A stretch of DNA of 64,000 bases from Rebecca billardiae RCC1528 (GCA_965240325.2 OZ251223.1:1488001-1552000); one strand, 5' to 3'; counted from the first letter of the stretch, positions 20,201-33,180 are shown. Notes: generated by a model from the letters alone, not told the origin. Numbers and translations: made by a program.

Positions 20201-23200
20201 GTGGCCGTGCGCGTGCGCGATGGTGGAGTAGGCCAGACGGCCGCCCGCCGCCGGCGCCGCGCCGGTGCCAGCCGCACGGCTGGCTTCGGACGGCCCCCCG
20301 CGCGGCGCGGCGGCGGCGCGGCGCGGCGCGGTGGCTGCGGCGCCGCCGCCGCGGCCGCCACCGGCGGCGCGGCGGCCCGCGCCGCGGCCGCGCGCGCTCG
20401 GCCGCGCGGCCTCGCCCTCCGCGCCGTCCGCCTCTTCTGCGCCCACAGCGCCCTCGGCCTCGCCGCCCGCCGCCTCGAGCAGGTCGAGAGCCGCAAGCGC
20501 GGCCTCGCCCTCCGCCGCCTCCTCCTCCTCGCCGCCGCCGCCGCCGCCCTCGGCGCCGCCCTCGGCGCCGGCGCACGCGCCGCCGGCCGCCGCGCCCGCT
20601 GCGCCGCCGCCGCCGAGCGCGTCCGTGCGGCGCGCGGGCGGCGAGAGGAGTGCGCAGAAGACGACCAAGTCGCGCTCCTCCCCCTGCACGCCGTCGATCG
20701 ACGCGACGAACAGCGGCGCGTCGGACGCGTGCGCGCGCTCGGGCGCGCGCACGAACAAGACTGCGTCGCCGCCGCCGCCGCCGCCGCCCGGCCCGGCCGG
20801 CGCGCCGGCCCCGCCGCCGGCGGCTCCGCCGAGCTCGGCGGCGGGCACAAGGCCGAGAGGCGCGCGGCTCGCGCTGAGCAGCGCGCCAATCAGCGCGCGC
20901 TGCGACCTGTTCACAGTCACCACGCCGATCGACATCGGCTCGCGCCTCCCCTCAGCGGCCACGAGCGCGGCCGCGACGATGTCCAGCGCGCCCAGCGCCT
21001 GCGCCACGTTGACGTAGCCTTGCGGCGACGCGGGCGACGGAAAGGGTCCTGGGCCCACGCCCCAGCGCGCGCGCACCGCCGCGCCCACCAGATCGTCAAG
21101 CTCCGCGCGACGCTCCGCGTTGGACGCCATGCTGCCCAGCGTGGGCACGCGCACCAAGCCCTGCGCGAGCGCGCACGCGCGCGCGCGCTCGGTGTTGTCG
21201 TCGGCGCCGCCGCCGCCGCCCAGGCCCGCGCCGCCGTCCGCCCGGTCGCCGCCGGCGCGGCGGCTCTCGAGCTCGGCCGCCGCCGCGCCGCCCGCTGCCG
21301 CGCCGCCGTGCGCGGAGCGCACCGCGCGCGCGGACGGCACGCACTGCAGCGAGCCCCCGTAGAACAGCTCGTTCGACAGCGCGATCATCTGCGGGTGCGC
21401 CGACCTGTAGTGCCACCGCAGCGGCGCGAGCGGCAGCGTCGCGCGGAGGCACTCGTCTAGCAGCCCCGAGTGCGCGCGCCCGCCGCCGCCGCCCGCCGGC
21501 TGCGGCGGCGGCAGCTGCTGGTCATCGCCGACGACGCCGAGCCGCGCGCCGAGCGCCGCCAGCGCCAGCCCGTGGCTCAGCGGCAGCTGGCTCGCCTCGT
21601 CCACGAGCACGACGTCGAAGGGCGGCGCCGATGAGCCGAGGACGCCCGAGCGTGCGCCTGCGCCGTCGCTGCCGCGAGCTGCGCGCGCGGCGGCACGCGG
21701 GCTGCAGCCCAAGTCTGCGCCGCCGGGGGCCGGGGGCGGGCGGAGGCGGCAGCCGCGCGCGCCTGCCGCCTCGTCCGCACACGCCGCGTCCGTGTCGTCC
21801 GCATCCGCGTCCGCGTCGTCCACGTCGTCCGCGTCCGCGTCGTCCGCGTCCGCGTCCGCATCCGCGTCCGCGTCTACGTCCGCGTCTGCGTCCGCATCCG
21901 CCGCGTGCGCCGCGTGCGCGGGCGCAAAGTGCCTCAGCGCTTCCTCTGCCGTCATCAGCGTCACGGGGCGCAGCTCGAGCAGCAGCGACGCCAGCGCGGA
22001 CGCGGGGGGCGCGCCGGGCTCGCGCGCGCCGAGGGCGAGCGCCGCGTGCAGCCGCCGGCCGTGCGCGCTCGCCGGCGCGCACAGCGCCGCGCGCAGCGCG
22101 CCGGCCGCGCGCGCGCCGCCGCGCGCGCCGAGCGCGCGCGCCGCGCGCGCGCCGCACGCGGCGCGCGCGAGCGCGCGCGCCGCGCGCTCGCGCTGCGCGG
22201 CGGCCGCGCGCAGCTCGCGCAGCGCGCCGAGCGCGGCGCCTTCGGGCGGCGCCGCGCCCTGCGCCGCGTCGGACGGCACGCCCTCCGCGCCCTCGGCCGC
22301 GTCCGCCGCCTGCGGCGCCGAGCGCAGCAGCTGCAGCCGCGCCGTCGCCAGCAGCAGGGCGCACCGGCCACGCAACGCTCGGCCACCGTCTGCGGCGTGC
22401 GCTGCAAACTCCAGGGCGGCGAGCGCGCGCGCGGTGTGCGCGCACGCGCCGCCGGCGCGGCTTGAGGCGCGCGCGGCCTCGGCGGAGATCAGCTGCAGCG
22501 ACTTGGCGCGCGCCGCGCCCTCCGCGCCGCCGCCGTCCATCAGCATGGCCGCCAGCCGACACAGCGGCCAGCGCGCGGGCGGCAGCGCGCGCGGAGCGCA
22601 GCAGCCGCCGCCGCACCGGGCCCAGGGCACGCACACGTGCGCGCTGAAGCGGGCGAGGGCGTCGGCGTCGGCGTCGGCGGCGTGCGCGGCGCGCGCGGGG
22701 CACGCCGCAGAGACGCCGCCCTCCGCCGCGCCACCGGCGGCGCCACCGGCGCCCGCCGCGCCGGCCGCGCCGCCGTCGCCCGCCGCGTCCGCCGCGCCGC
22801 CGTCGCCACGCGCAGTCTGACGCAGCAGCGGCAGCGCGGCGACGAGGGCGTCGACAGCGGCGGCGACGCTCCACTCGGGTGCGTCGGCATGCTGCGCGTC
22901 GTCCACGCCCGCGCGCGCGCCGCTCGGCGCGTCCGGCCCCGCCCCGCCGCACGCCTCCGCCTCGCGCGGCGCGCGCGCGGCGCTGAGCGCGCGCGCTCGC
23001 GCCGCGCGGACTGCGCCCAGCGCTGCGCTGAGCCTTGCTTCGGCCGAGTCGAGTGCTGCGCGCGCGGTGCGCTCGTGGGCGAGCGCGGCTGCGGCCTCGT
23101 CGTCGTGCGCGCCGTCCTCCGCCTCCGCCTCCGCCTCGCCCTCGCCGTGCGCCTCCGCATGGTGCCGCGCGAGCGTCGCCGGCGCCGCCACCACACGTCC

Positions 23201-23438
23201 GCATTCCGCACAGACGCAGCGTGGCCGCGCGTCGGCACGGCACAGCTGCACCCCGCGCGCGCGGCCGACGCGCGAGCCCGACGCGTCGCGCGGCGCGCGG
23301 AGCGGCTCGGGCTGCGTCGGGCTCGGCGCCCAGCCCTCGCCCAGCATCTCCAGCAGCACCGCGCGCGCGCGCGCACTCACCGCCGCGCCGGCCGCCGCGC
23401 GCGTCAGACGCGCATCGCGGCTCACGGCGCCGCCGTCC

Positions 23439-23502
<64 letters not shown>

Positions 23503-24317
23503 TCGCAAACAGCTGGTGCGCGCGCAGCGCGGGCACGCCGCCGGCGGTGGCCTCGGCGAGCTTCGCCTGCAGCACGTCGAGCGCCACGCGCATCCGCGCG
23601 ACCACGAGCACGCGCGCGCCGCCCGCCGCGAGCGAGGCCACCGCCGCGGCGAGCGTTGCAGTCTTGCCGCAGCCGGGCGGCCCTCGGACGACGACCGCGC
23701 GCGCGCCGAGCAAGGCGCGCGCCGCGCTCTGCTGCGACGCGTCGAGCGGGGTGAGCGGGAGCAGCCTCGCGCACGGCCCGGCGTCGCGCGCGCCCGGCCG
23801 CGCCGCCGCCCTCGGCCCGCCCGGCGGCGCGCCCGCGAGCCTCGCGAACGCACCGCCGCGCGCCGTCCACGCCGCGTGCGCGGCGGCTAGCGCAAGCAGC
23901 GGGCAGTCGGCGGCGCGCTCGGCGGCGCGCTCGGTGGCGGGGACGAGGAGGAGGAGGGACGGGCGCGCGTGCGTGGCGGAGGCGCGGTGCGCGGCGTGGA
24001 GCGAGGTGGCGCCCGCCGCGCCGCAGCCGCCCGGCAGCGCGGGCGAGGCGAACGGCCGCGCGCCCGGCGGCGCGCGCACACGGCAAACCCCGCGCCCGCC
24101 CGCCGCGCACGCGCGCGCGCTCACCGGTAGCAGCCACAGGCCAGGGAGGCGCTCCGCGCCGCCGCCGCCGGCCGGGGCGGGCGCGGAGGCCGCCGCCGCG
24201 CCGAAGCTGAGCAGCGCGCGCGCGCCCTCCGCGCCCGCCGGCGGCGCGAGCGCGCGCAGCCCCGCGCACAGCTCCACGCCGGGCAAGTGCCACGCGCGCG
24301 CGGCGGCGGGCGCCGAC

Positions 24318-24348
<31 letters not shown>

Positions 24349-26180
24349 GCGGCGTGCGGCCGCCGGGCGGCGCGGCCGCGGCCGGCAGCGTGCCGCGCCC
24401 GTGCTCGCGCGCCGCGTCCGCGTCCGCGCGGTCGATGTGGGCGGCGTCGGCGCACACGGACTCGGCGTGCAGCACGAGCTCGTCGCCCGCGCGCAGCGCG
24501 CCCTCGACCCACTCGAGCGCGCGCAGCACAAGCGCCTCGCCGCCGCCGCCGCCAGCCGCCGCGTCCGCGCGCCCACGCGCGGCGGGCGCGGCGGGCGCGG
24601 CGGCGGCGCGCAGCCGCCAGCCTGCGCTGAGGTGTCGGCCAAGGGCGCCGCCATCGTCGGACGCCAGGACGTCGCGCACGAGCGTCGGGAGCGGCGGCAC
24701 GGCGGGCGCGCAGCCGGAGCCCTCGCACCCCGCGCCCGCCGCCGCGCACAGCCGCACCGCACGCCGCGCGCCCGGCCGGGGGCGCGCCGCCGCTGCGCGC
24801 GGCACCACCGCTAGCCACGCGCGCGCCCATGAGCGCGCGGCGCGCGCGCGCTCCGCCGCGCCGCCGCGCGCCGCGCCGCCGCACGCGCCGCCCTCGGCGT
24901 CCGAGCCGTCGGTGCGGCTCTCGCGCTGCTCCTCCGCGACCTCCTCCTCCTCCTCCTCCCCGTCCAGCAGCTCCGTGTGCAGCCAGAGGTACGCGAAGAA
25001 GGCCCCACCGGGCGAATGTGCATGCAGCGCGCTCAGAGCGCCGAGCAGCATGGCCGCCGACGCGGCGCGCGCCGGTCCGACGCGCGCGCGCCGCCGAGAG
25101 CGCGGTGCGGGCTGTGCGGCGTGGGGGGGCGAGGGCTCGTGCGCCTCGGGCGCGAGCTCCTGCTGCGCGAGCGCGTGCGCCGCGCACGCCACCTCCAGCG
25201 CCGCCTCGCGCTCGCTCGGCGCCCCCGCCGCCCCCCACCGAGCTGACAGCTCAGCCGCAGCGGCGCGCGCGCGCGCGTGCGCCGCGGCGCCGTGCCGCGC
25301 GCCGCCGTGCCGCGCGCCGCGCGCGCTCGAGGGCGAGCGAGCGCGGCCGGCGGAGGAGGCTGGCGAGCCGAACGCGCCGGCGCCTACCGCACCGTCACCA
25401 AGCTCGCCACCGCCGCCATCGCTGTCGGCCGCGCCGCCGCAGCCAGCCGCGCCGCCGCCGTCCGCCGCCCACGGCTGTGGCGGGCTCGGCGGCGACAGCG
25501 CGCGGGCCGACGACGGCGATGTTGCCTCATCGTCGGCGGTGGCGCGCTCGTCGGCGGGGGCGACGCAGAGCCCGCGCGTCGGCGCGAGCGCGTCGCCCGG
25601 CACTCGCCAGTACGCCACGCACAGCGGCGCGCCGGCAGCCGCGCCCGCGTGCCCGGAAGCGCCGCCGCCGTCGCCGCCCGCTCCGCCGCCGCCCGCGCTG
25701 CCGCCGCCGCCGCCCTCCGCGCCGCCGCCGCCGGGGTCAGAACCGCCGCCGCCGCCGTCGGCCGCCTTGCCCTCCGCTGAGGCGCTGCGCCGGAGCGCGC
25801 CGGGGCGCACGACCGAGTAGCGGAGGAGGCTGCCGGGCGGCACGTGCGACAGCCGGTCCACCACCTCGAGCACGCCGCCCTCGCCCCCCGGCGTCCGCTC
25901 CAGCGTCCGCAGCAGCACCGGCGCCGCGGCGGCTGCGTGCGCCCAGACTTGCGCACCCACCACCTCCCGACAAAGCGCCCACGCGGCGCGCGGCGCGTCG
26001 GCGCGCGCCGGGCCGAGGGTCGGGGGTGCGGCGGGGAGGGCGCCGCTGACGAGCACACGCGCGCGCACGCGCGGCACGACGCCGCTCTCCGTTGCACGGC
26101 GCACGCCTGCGGCCTCGGCGGCGTCTGAACCGCCGCTGCCGCCGCCGCTGCAACCACCGCCGCCGCTGCCGCCGCCACAT

Positions 26181-26222
<42 letters not shown>

Positions 26223-28973
26223 TCGTCGTCGTCACTCGGCGAAGCTAGGGTGACGTGCACGCGCGTGCCGCCGCCGAGGGCGCGGACGTCGTGCGCGAGC
26301 GCGGCGGCGAGCGCGGCGGCCGACAGCGCGCCTTGCCACGCGCCCCCCTCCATCGCCCCCGCCGCCCGCCCGCCCGCCTCCGCCGCCTCCGCCGCCTCCG
26401 CCGCCGCCGCCGCCGCCGCCGCCTCCGCCGCCGCCTCCGCCTCCGCCGCCGCGCGCGGCCCGGTACTCTGCGCGGGCTCGAAGGCGTGCAGCACGCTCGC
26501 GTACCCGCCGAGCCGATGCAGCCGCGCGCAGAGCAGCTGGCACGCCTCCGCGGAGCTCGGCTCGCTCGCAGCCGCCGCGCTCGCCGCGCCGTCCAACACA
26601 GCGCGCACTCCGGCGGCCGCGGGGCGCGCTAGGTCGGCCGCGGCGCGCGAGCGGTCATGGCAGAGGATGGCGCAGCCGCCGACGCTGAGCACGCTGCGGC
26701 GCGCGGCGCCGCCGTCGCCGCCGGCCGCGGGCAGCCTGAACGCGAGCACCGGACTGCCGCCCGGCGTGTCCGGGAGCGCCGCGCCCAGCGCCTCGCGCAG
26801 CGCCAGCACCCAGGCCGGATGCGCCGACGCGGCGCGCGCCGGCGCGGCGCGCGCCGACGCGGCTGCCGCAGCGGCGGCGACGGCGGCGGCGGCGGCCGGT
26901 GCGGCGGTGGCGGCGGCGGCGGTGGCGGCGGCGGCAGAAGCGGCGGCGGCAGAAGCGGCGGCGGCGGGTGCTGCCGGCTCCGCCGTCTCGGGCTCGGCGG
27001 GCGCCGCGCACATCGCGCCGAGCACCGCGCCGATCACGAGGGCTTGCTTGCGCACGCTGCGCCGCGCCCACTGCTCGAGCGGCGGCGCGCCGGCCGGCGC
27101 GGCTGCTGCTCCGACGCTGAGAAAGCAAACGGCGGCGCGGCGCGGCAGCCGCGCGCACGCGTCGGCGAGGAGATACGGGGCGCGCGCGGGCCAGCGCCGC
27201 GCGCTCGGCGGCAGAGCGAGCGAGACGAGCAGCACGTCGCAGTGCGCGCCGCCGGGCTCATGCGCCGCGCGCACGCGCAGCGCGCCGCTGCCGAGCGCGC
27301 CGGCCAAGGCCGTGTGTTGCAGCGCGGCGGCTCGCATCAGCTCGGCCTGCTCGGCGCACAGCGCGAGGGCGAGGACCGTGGTGGGCGCGCATGGGCACCC
27401 CGCGCCCGCGAGCAGCTCGGCCGCGAGGCGGAGGAGCGCCGCCGCCTCGCCCAGGTTCACAAGCCCGCCCTTGAGCGCACGCAGCGCCGAGCCCACCGCG
27501 CCGTCTGCGCCGGCTGCTGACTCTGCCCCGGCTGTGGCGGCGCCCGGCGCGGCGGCGCATTGCGGCGCGTCGGCGCGCAGCGCACGCAGCACGGAGCCGA
27601 CGGCCGCGCGCGCGCCTGCCAGGTTGTTCGGCGTGCGCTCGGCGCGCCACCACGGCCTGGTGCACAGCGAGACGAACGGGAGCGGCTCGGCGCACGCCGA
27701 CGCGTCGCAGAGCGGCGCGGCCGCGCGAGCGATGCCGACGCGCGCCGCAGCCGCGGCCGGCGGCGGCGTCGTCGTCGACGGCGGCGGCGGCGGCGTGGGC
27801 GCAGCAGCGGGTGCAGCAGCAGCTGCTGCTTCGAGGAGCGGGCGCAGCGAGGCCGCCGCCGCCGCCGAGAGCGGCAGCTGGCGCGACGGCGTGCCGACGC
27901 GCCGCAGCAGCGAGCGCGCCTGCTTGCTCGCTGCGGCGCGCGCGCCACTCAACGGCGCGTCCGCGCCGCCTGCGCGCCGGGCGGCGGCGGGCGGCGGCAG
28001 CGCGCGCGCGCCGTACGCGCACGCGAGGCGCGCGCGCTGCGGCGCGGCGCAGCGCGCCTCGAGCAGGTCGCGCACGCGCGCCGCGCCCGAGCCGCCCGGC
28101 GCGTCCGCCAGCAGCACACAGCCGCGTGGCGCCAGCCTCGCGAGGCAAAGTGCGAGCGCGGCCGCAGGCACTTCGGAAGCGCCGTCAAGAATTAAAACGT
28201 CGAATTGGGGCGGAGCGCGCGCGCCGGCCGCGTGTGCGAGGGGCGCGGAGCACGCGGCCGCGGCGGTGGCGAGGGTGACGGGGCACAGCCGGTGCAGCAG
28301 CGCCGCGTGCGCCGCCGCGGCGCGCGCGGGCTCGATGCCGTGCGCAGCGCCCGCAGTGCCGCCGCACGCGGCCGCGGCGACCGCCGCCTCCGCCGCGCTC
28401 AGCCGCGCGAGCTGTCGCGCCATGCGCGCGCGCACGCCGCTCTCGAGCGCGGCGCGCGCGGCGGCCTCGCGCGCGGCGGCGTGCGCGGCGCACGCCACGA
28501 GCTGCGCGCCCTCCGTGACGGGCTGCGCGAGCGCGCGCGCGCAGCCCTCATGCGCGCACGCACACGCGCGCGCCGCGAGCGCGGCGGCGCGCTGCGCGGC
28601 GCGCACCGCTCCGCGCCCCGCGCTTCGCTCTCGCCACTCGGCGAGCCGCTCGCCGAGCGCGCGCAGCTGCTCGGCCGCGGCCGCGCCGTCCGCCTTGAGC
28701 GTGCCCGCGCCCGCGCCCGCCGCCGCGAGCACCGCCTCCGCCTCGTCCAGGCCGTGCGCGCCCGCGCCGCCGCCGCCGCCGGCAGCGCACAGCCATAGAA
28801 CACGCGCGTCGGTGAGCGCGGCTGCGTGCGCCGCGGCGAGGCCGAGCACGCGCGTCTTGCCCGAGCACGCGCCGCCCTCGACGAGGACGAGCGGCAGCGG
28901 CGGCGCCGGGCTCGGCGCCGCACCCTCCGCCGGCCGAGCCCCGCACGCCGACCCGTCCGGCTCGGCGCGCGCG

Positions 28974-29006
<33 letters not shown>

Positions 29007-29816
29007 TTGGCGGCGGCGCGCACCGCTGCCACGCAGAGATCGAGCGCCCGGCGCTGCGAGCTGTCGATTGGGAGGGCGTGGACCGCGCGCAGCTCCGGCG
29101 CCGAGAGCGAGGCGTCGTCGTCCGCCGGCGGCTCGAGGCACTCCGCCGCGCGCCCGGCCGCCGCCTCCGCCGCCGCGCACCCGCCGCCGCCCCCGCCGAG
29201 GCGGCCGCCGAGCGCGTCCGCTAGCGCAAGCGCAGATGCACACAGCTGCGCGCACACGCGCTCCGCGCAGTCCGGCGCGCCCTCCAGGGGGAAGAGGTGC
29301 GCGCCTGGCAGCGCGCTCCCGTCGGCGAGCAGCGCGCGCAGCAGCGTCGACACGCCCACGCCGCCGGCGCTGAGAGCGCGCGACCCGCCGCCTGCACCAC
29401 CGCCCACACCCCAGCCCTCAGCCACCCCCTCTGCCGCGGCGCCGGCGCGGCCGTGGGCGCTCACTGCGCGCCGCAGGCTGCTGAGCGAGCGCGCGGCGAG
29501 CACGCGCGGCGAGACGAGCGCGGGGCCGGTCTGCGACATGCGCAGCGTGCCGTCGGCGAGCGGCTCCACCGTCACGGGCACGAGCACCACCGGCTGGCCG
29601 TCGTCAGCCCCGGCGCTCGACTCCGACACCGCCCGAGCGCGGCCGCGCGAGCGCGCGTCGCCTGGCCATCGCTCGAGCGGCCCGCTCGGCGGCGCGCGCG
29701 CGCGGTCGAGGGCGGCGCCGTGGACATCGTCTTCGTCGTCGTCGTCGTCTGTGCCGCCGCTATCGTCCTCGTCCTCCGCGTCGAGCCACACGCCGACGCA
29801 CAGGTAGCAGCACACG

Positions 29817-29849
<33 letters not shown>

Positions 29850-30604
29850 CCACCGCCGTCGGCACGCAGCAGCAGAGCAAGCCGGTCGCGCGCGAGCGCG
29901 GCCTCGGCGACGGCGCCGCACGCGTCCGCGCGGGACGTGAGCTGGCACAGCCGCACGGCCGGGTCGCCGAGGCACGCCGCCTCCAGCGCGCCGAGCAGCC
30001 CCTCGCACAGTCGCGCACTCTCGGAACTCAGCTCGATGCAGTGGCCGCCACGCCCGCCCGGCTCAAGAGCGGCGCGCAGCCGGCTGCCCGCGCGCCCGAG
30101 CGGGAGGTCGCGCCACAGCTCGCGCCAGGCGGCATCGACGCGCGTGAGGTCCGCGTCGAGCTGCGCCGCCGGCGCGTCCTCCACGCCCAGCGCCTCGTCG
30201 GGCGCGCGCTCGAGCGGGCACAGCAGGCGCTCCGCGGCCGCGGGCGATGCGAGGAGCCACGACCACACGTCCACGAGCGCCGTGTCCGCGCCCGCCTCGC
30301 ACCACGAGGCGGAGACCTCGGAGGAGCGCGTGACCAGATGACCGTTGCGCAGGAGCTGGAGCATCTCCGACTCGCTTGACGCGGTGACGATCGGCGGCCG
30401 CTGCAGCCGCCAGCCGACGCCTTGCGCGCGCGCGGCCGCGACGGCACCCGCCGGCGTCACGACCAGGATGGGCGCCTCGGCCAACGCCGCGAGTGCATCG
30501 GCGAGCGCGCGGTCCAGGCTCGCATCGTCCGGAAGCTCCTCCCGCCGCTGATGAGTCGCCTTGCGAAGCGCGCGAGCGAGGTCCGAGCTGGCGCCCGTCG
30601 TCAT
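17264..30604 (-). CDS. Giant (~4,446 aa) tandem DUF4011-like / SF1 (DNA2/NAM7-like) helicase protein with a C2H2 finger
   Basis: Intact C-proximal motifs: LDASQQSA, VVRGPPGCGKT, RVLVVARMRVALDVLQAKL, FDVVLVDEASQ, VVGDDQQLPP, LRWHYRSAHPQMIALSNELFYGG, IDGVQGEERDLVVF, RLLNVGLTRAR. Degenerate N-proximal copy: IDSSQRRA, EGGACSGKT, FDVLILDGASE. Stop-free in-frame introns cannot be excluded. Confidence 0.85.
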
Positions 30605-30762
30605 CGTACCGTGGCGCCGTGCAGCTGCCCGTTTGAAGTTGAAGTTCGAGCTGACCGGCCCCCGGCCGGACAAAAAATATTCCGGGCGAAAGACCGAGCG
30701 AGCGAGAGGCCGAGCCCATGCGCGCGGCGACTACGAGCGGCCGGTGCGCCGCCGCGCTCGGC

Positions 30763-31854
30763 ATGATGCTGCTGCCCCGCGCCGCCCGCGCACTGAGCAC
30801 GCCGGCGGCGACGAGGGTCGACCTGCGCTCCGACACCGTGACCAAGCCCACGCCCGCCATGTACGAGGCGATGACGACGGCCGATGTCGGGGACGATGTG
30901 TTTGGCGACGATCCGACCGTGAATGCGCTCGAGCGGCGCGTCGCGCGCATGTTCGGCAAGGAGGAGGCCGTCTTCGTGCCGACGGGCACGATGGCCAACC
31001 TCATCGCCGTCATGGCGCACACGTGGGAGCGCGGCTCCGAGTACATCGTCGGCGACCGCGCGCACATCTTTCTGTACGAGCAGGGCGGCGGCGCGCAGCT
31101 CGGCGGCGCGCACCCGCGGACGGTGCCAACGGCGACGGACGGCACGCTCGGGCTCGACGACCTGCGCGCCGCGATCCGCGCGGAAGACGTGCACTGCCCG
31201 GTCACGAAGCTCATCTGCCTCGAGAACACGCACAACGTGTGCGGCGGCCGCGTGCTCGCGCCGCCGTACATGGACTCGGTGGGCGCGCTCGCGGCCGAGC
31301 GCGGGCTCGCGCTGCACGTGGACGGCGCGCGGATCTGGAACGCGATGGCGGCGCTCGGGGTCGAGGGCGAGGCGCTCGTCCGGACGGCCGACAGCGCCGC
31401 CGTCTGCCTCTCCAAGGGGCTCGGCGCGCCCGCGGGCTCGCTCTTTGTCGCGTCGCACGATCTGTGCGCGCGCGCGCGCCGGCTGCGCAAGGCGCTGGGC
31501 GGCGGCTGGCGGCAGGCGGGCGTGCTCGCGGCGGCGGGTCTGCATGCGCTCGACCACAGGCTGCCGCGGCTCGGCGAGGACCACGCGCGCGCCACCGAGC
31601 TCGCCGCCGGCGTCTCCCGCATCCCCGGCCTGCGATGCGACCTCTCCTCCGTCGAGACGAACATCCTCTTTTTTGATGTGGACGAGGGCGCGACCGTCGA
31701 CGCCGCGGCGCTGGTTGCGGCGTGCGCGGCGCGCGGGGTCGAGTTCCTGGCGTTTGGCGAGCGGCGCTGCCGGTGCGTGACGCACCTGCACGTCACCGCG
31801 GACGGGGTCGAGTACGCGCTCGACTGCATGCGCGCCGTCATGGAGGCTGCATAG
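30763..31854 (+). CDS. ltaE: Low-specificity L-threonine aldolase (PLP-dependent), probably organelle-targeted
   Basis: Motifs DLRSDTVTKPT, GDDVFGDDPTV, PTGTMANL, LENTHN, LHVDGARIWN and CLSKGLGAPAGS. Confidence 0.95.
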   Translation: MMLLPRAARALSTPAATRVDLRSDTVTKPTPAMYEAMTTADVGDDVFGDDPTVNALERRVARMFGKEEAVFVPTGTMANLIAVMAHTWERGSEYIVGDRAHIFLYEQGGGAQLGGAHPRTVPTATDGTLGLDDLRAAIRAEDVHCPVTKLICLENTHNVCGGRVLAPPYMDSVGALAAERGLALHVDGARIWNAMAALGVEGEALVRTADSAAVCLSKGLGAPAGSLFVASHDLCARARRLRKALGGGWRQAGVLAAAGLHALDHRLPRLGEDHARATELAAGVSRIPGLRCDLSSVETNILFFDVDEGATVDAAALVAACAARGVEFLAFGERRCRCVTHLHVTADGVEYALDCMRAVMEAA

Positions 31855-32677
31855 CCGAGTCCGGCGATCGCACGTCCGCCGGCCGGGCGGCGCGCGCTGC
31901 CGCCTGGCCACCCTCCACCCTCCTCCGGGTGACTACGAGTCAGCTACGACGCTTGTCCTGGCACCCGGGCCTCCGGATCCGGACTCCGGACGGACCCGGG
32001 AGCGAGTCGAGCGTCGAGCCGGGCTCCACCCTCAGCCCCAGCCTGGTCAGCTCCACGCCAAGACTCAAGAGTCTGAATCCTGCGGGCTAGGGCTCTGATG
32101 CGCACGCGCTGCGACAGCTGCCGGCCGGCCGGCGCGCCGGGCGGCCGAGTGCCCGAGACCAATCCGAGTCAGAAGTCCGATATGAACTTTAAGAAGACGC
32201 CGCCGGTTGACAGTCAGTGGACTCAGTGCGGACACGTTTCACGCCACTGCGCATTGATCATCACAGTGGCCACATATCAGTCTCGTCCTCAGATACTTGA
32301 TGGCGAAACTATACACATAGCAGCGTATATCTAGAGTAGCTACCCCCATACCCGGCCATACCGAGTCGACAGTCGTGCCGGTGGTCCGCAGGTCGGCAGG
32401 TCCGGCCGTCCCGCCGTCCGGACTGGCATCAGGCCGTGCTGACAACGTGTACGTGGAGGGCTGGCTGACACGTGAGGATATCGTCGTCGTTTGCGCAGCA
32501 CGGCCGGGCGGCCCGCTTTTCCTGCGCCTGACGATGAAGAGAGCGGTCTGGTCAGGCGCGCTTGTTGGTTGTCCAGAGCGCTTAACAGCGCGCGGATCTG
32601 TATTCTGTGTCGCGGCCTAAGACTTCAGTTATTTCCTCGTTGACAGCGGCCTCCGCCCGCGTGGCCGTGCACTGCGT

Positions 32678-33032
32678 AGCCCGCACGATCAAGCCGACGG
32701 AGCCCTGATGGAAGTCTCAGCGCCGACGGCTTGCCGCACGGGCGGGAAGTGCTGATGAGCCGCGAGGAGGGCGAAACGCACTGCGCCCTGTAAGTGAGCG
32801 CGTCGTATTCGCGTACTAGTAGTGTATTCAGCGCGGAAGCCGTCGCGAACTCTGACAGGTTATCTCGTGAAGGAACGCGGCGCAGGAAGCGCGCTGGTGC
32901 TCTACTTCGCGCTCACTTACAGGGCGCAGTGCGTTTCGCCCTCCTCGCGGCTCATCAGCACCTCCCGCCCCTGCGGAAAGGCGTCGGCGCTGAGACTTCC
33001 ATCAGGGCTCCGTCGGATTGATCGTGCGGGCT
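32678..33032. repeat. Inverted repeat, 125-bp arms (32678-32802 and 32908-33032) with 105-bp spacer; MITE-like or hairpin RNA
   Basis: The arms are reverse-complementary with only a few mismatches. Confidence 0.9.
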
Positions 33033-33180
33033 GCACGTGCGGAGGAAAAGCAGGCGGCGGCAGATCCGCGCTATGGACATGCGCGCCTGGCCGCTCCCGA
33101 GCACAAGGGATACGGTGGTGTGCTGCGCCGCCGTCGGGGGTGGGGGCGCCTTTCCACCGCCAACGGCCGCCGCCCTGCAG

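Noticed and set aside
17381-30379. Many long overlapping ORFs (e.g. 21522..25238, 26250..29807, 23067..25820)
   Set aside because: These are Arg/Ala/Pro-rich shadow frames expected at extreme GC. Only the 17264..30604 frame has recognisable motifs.
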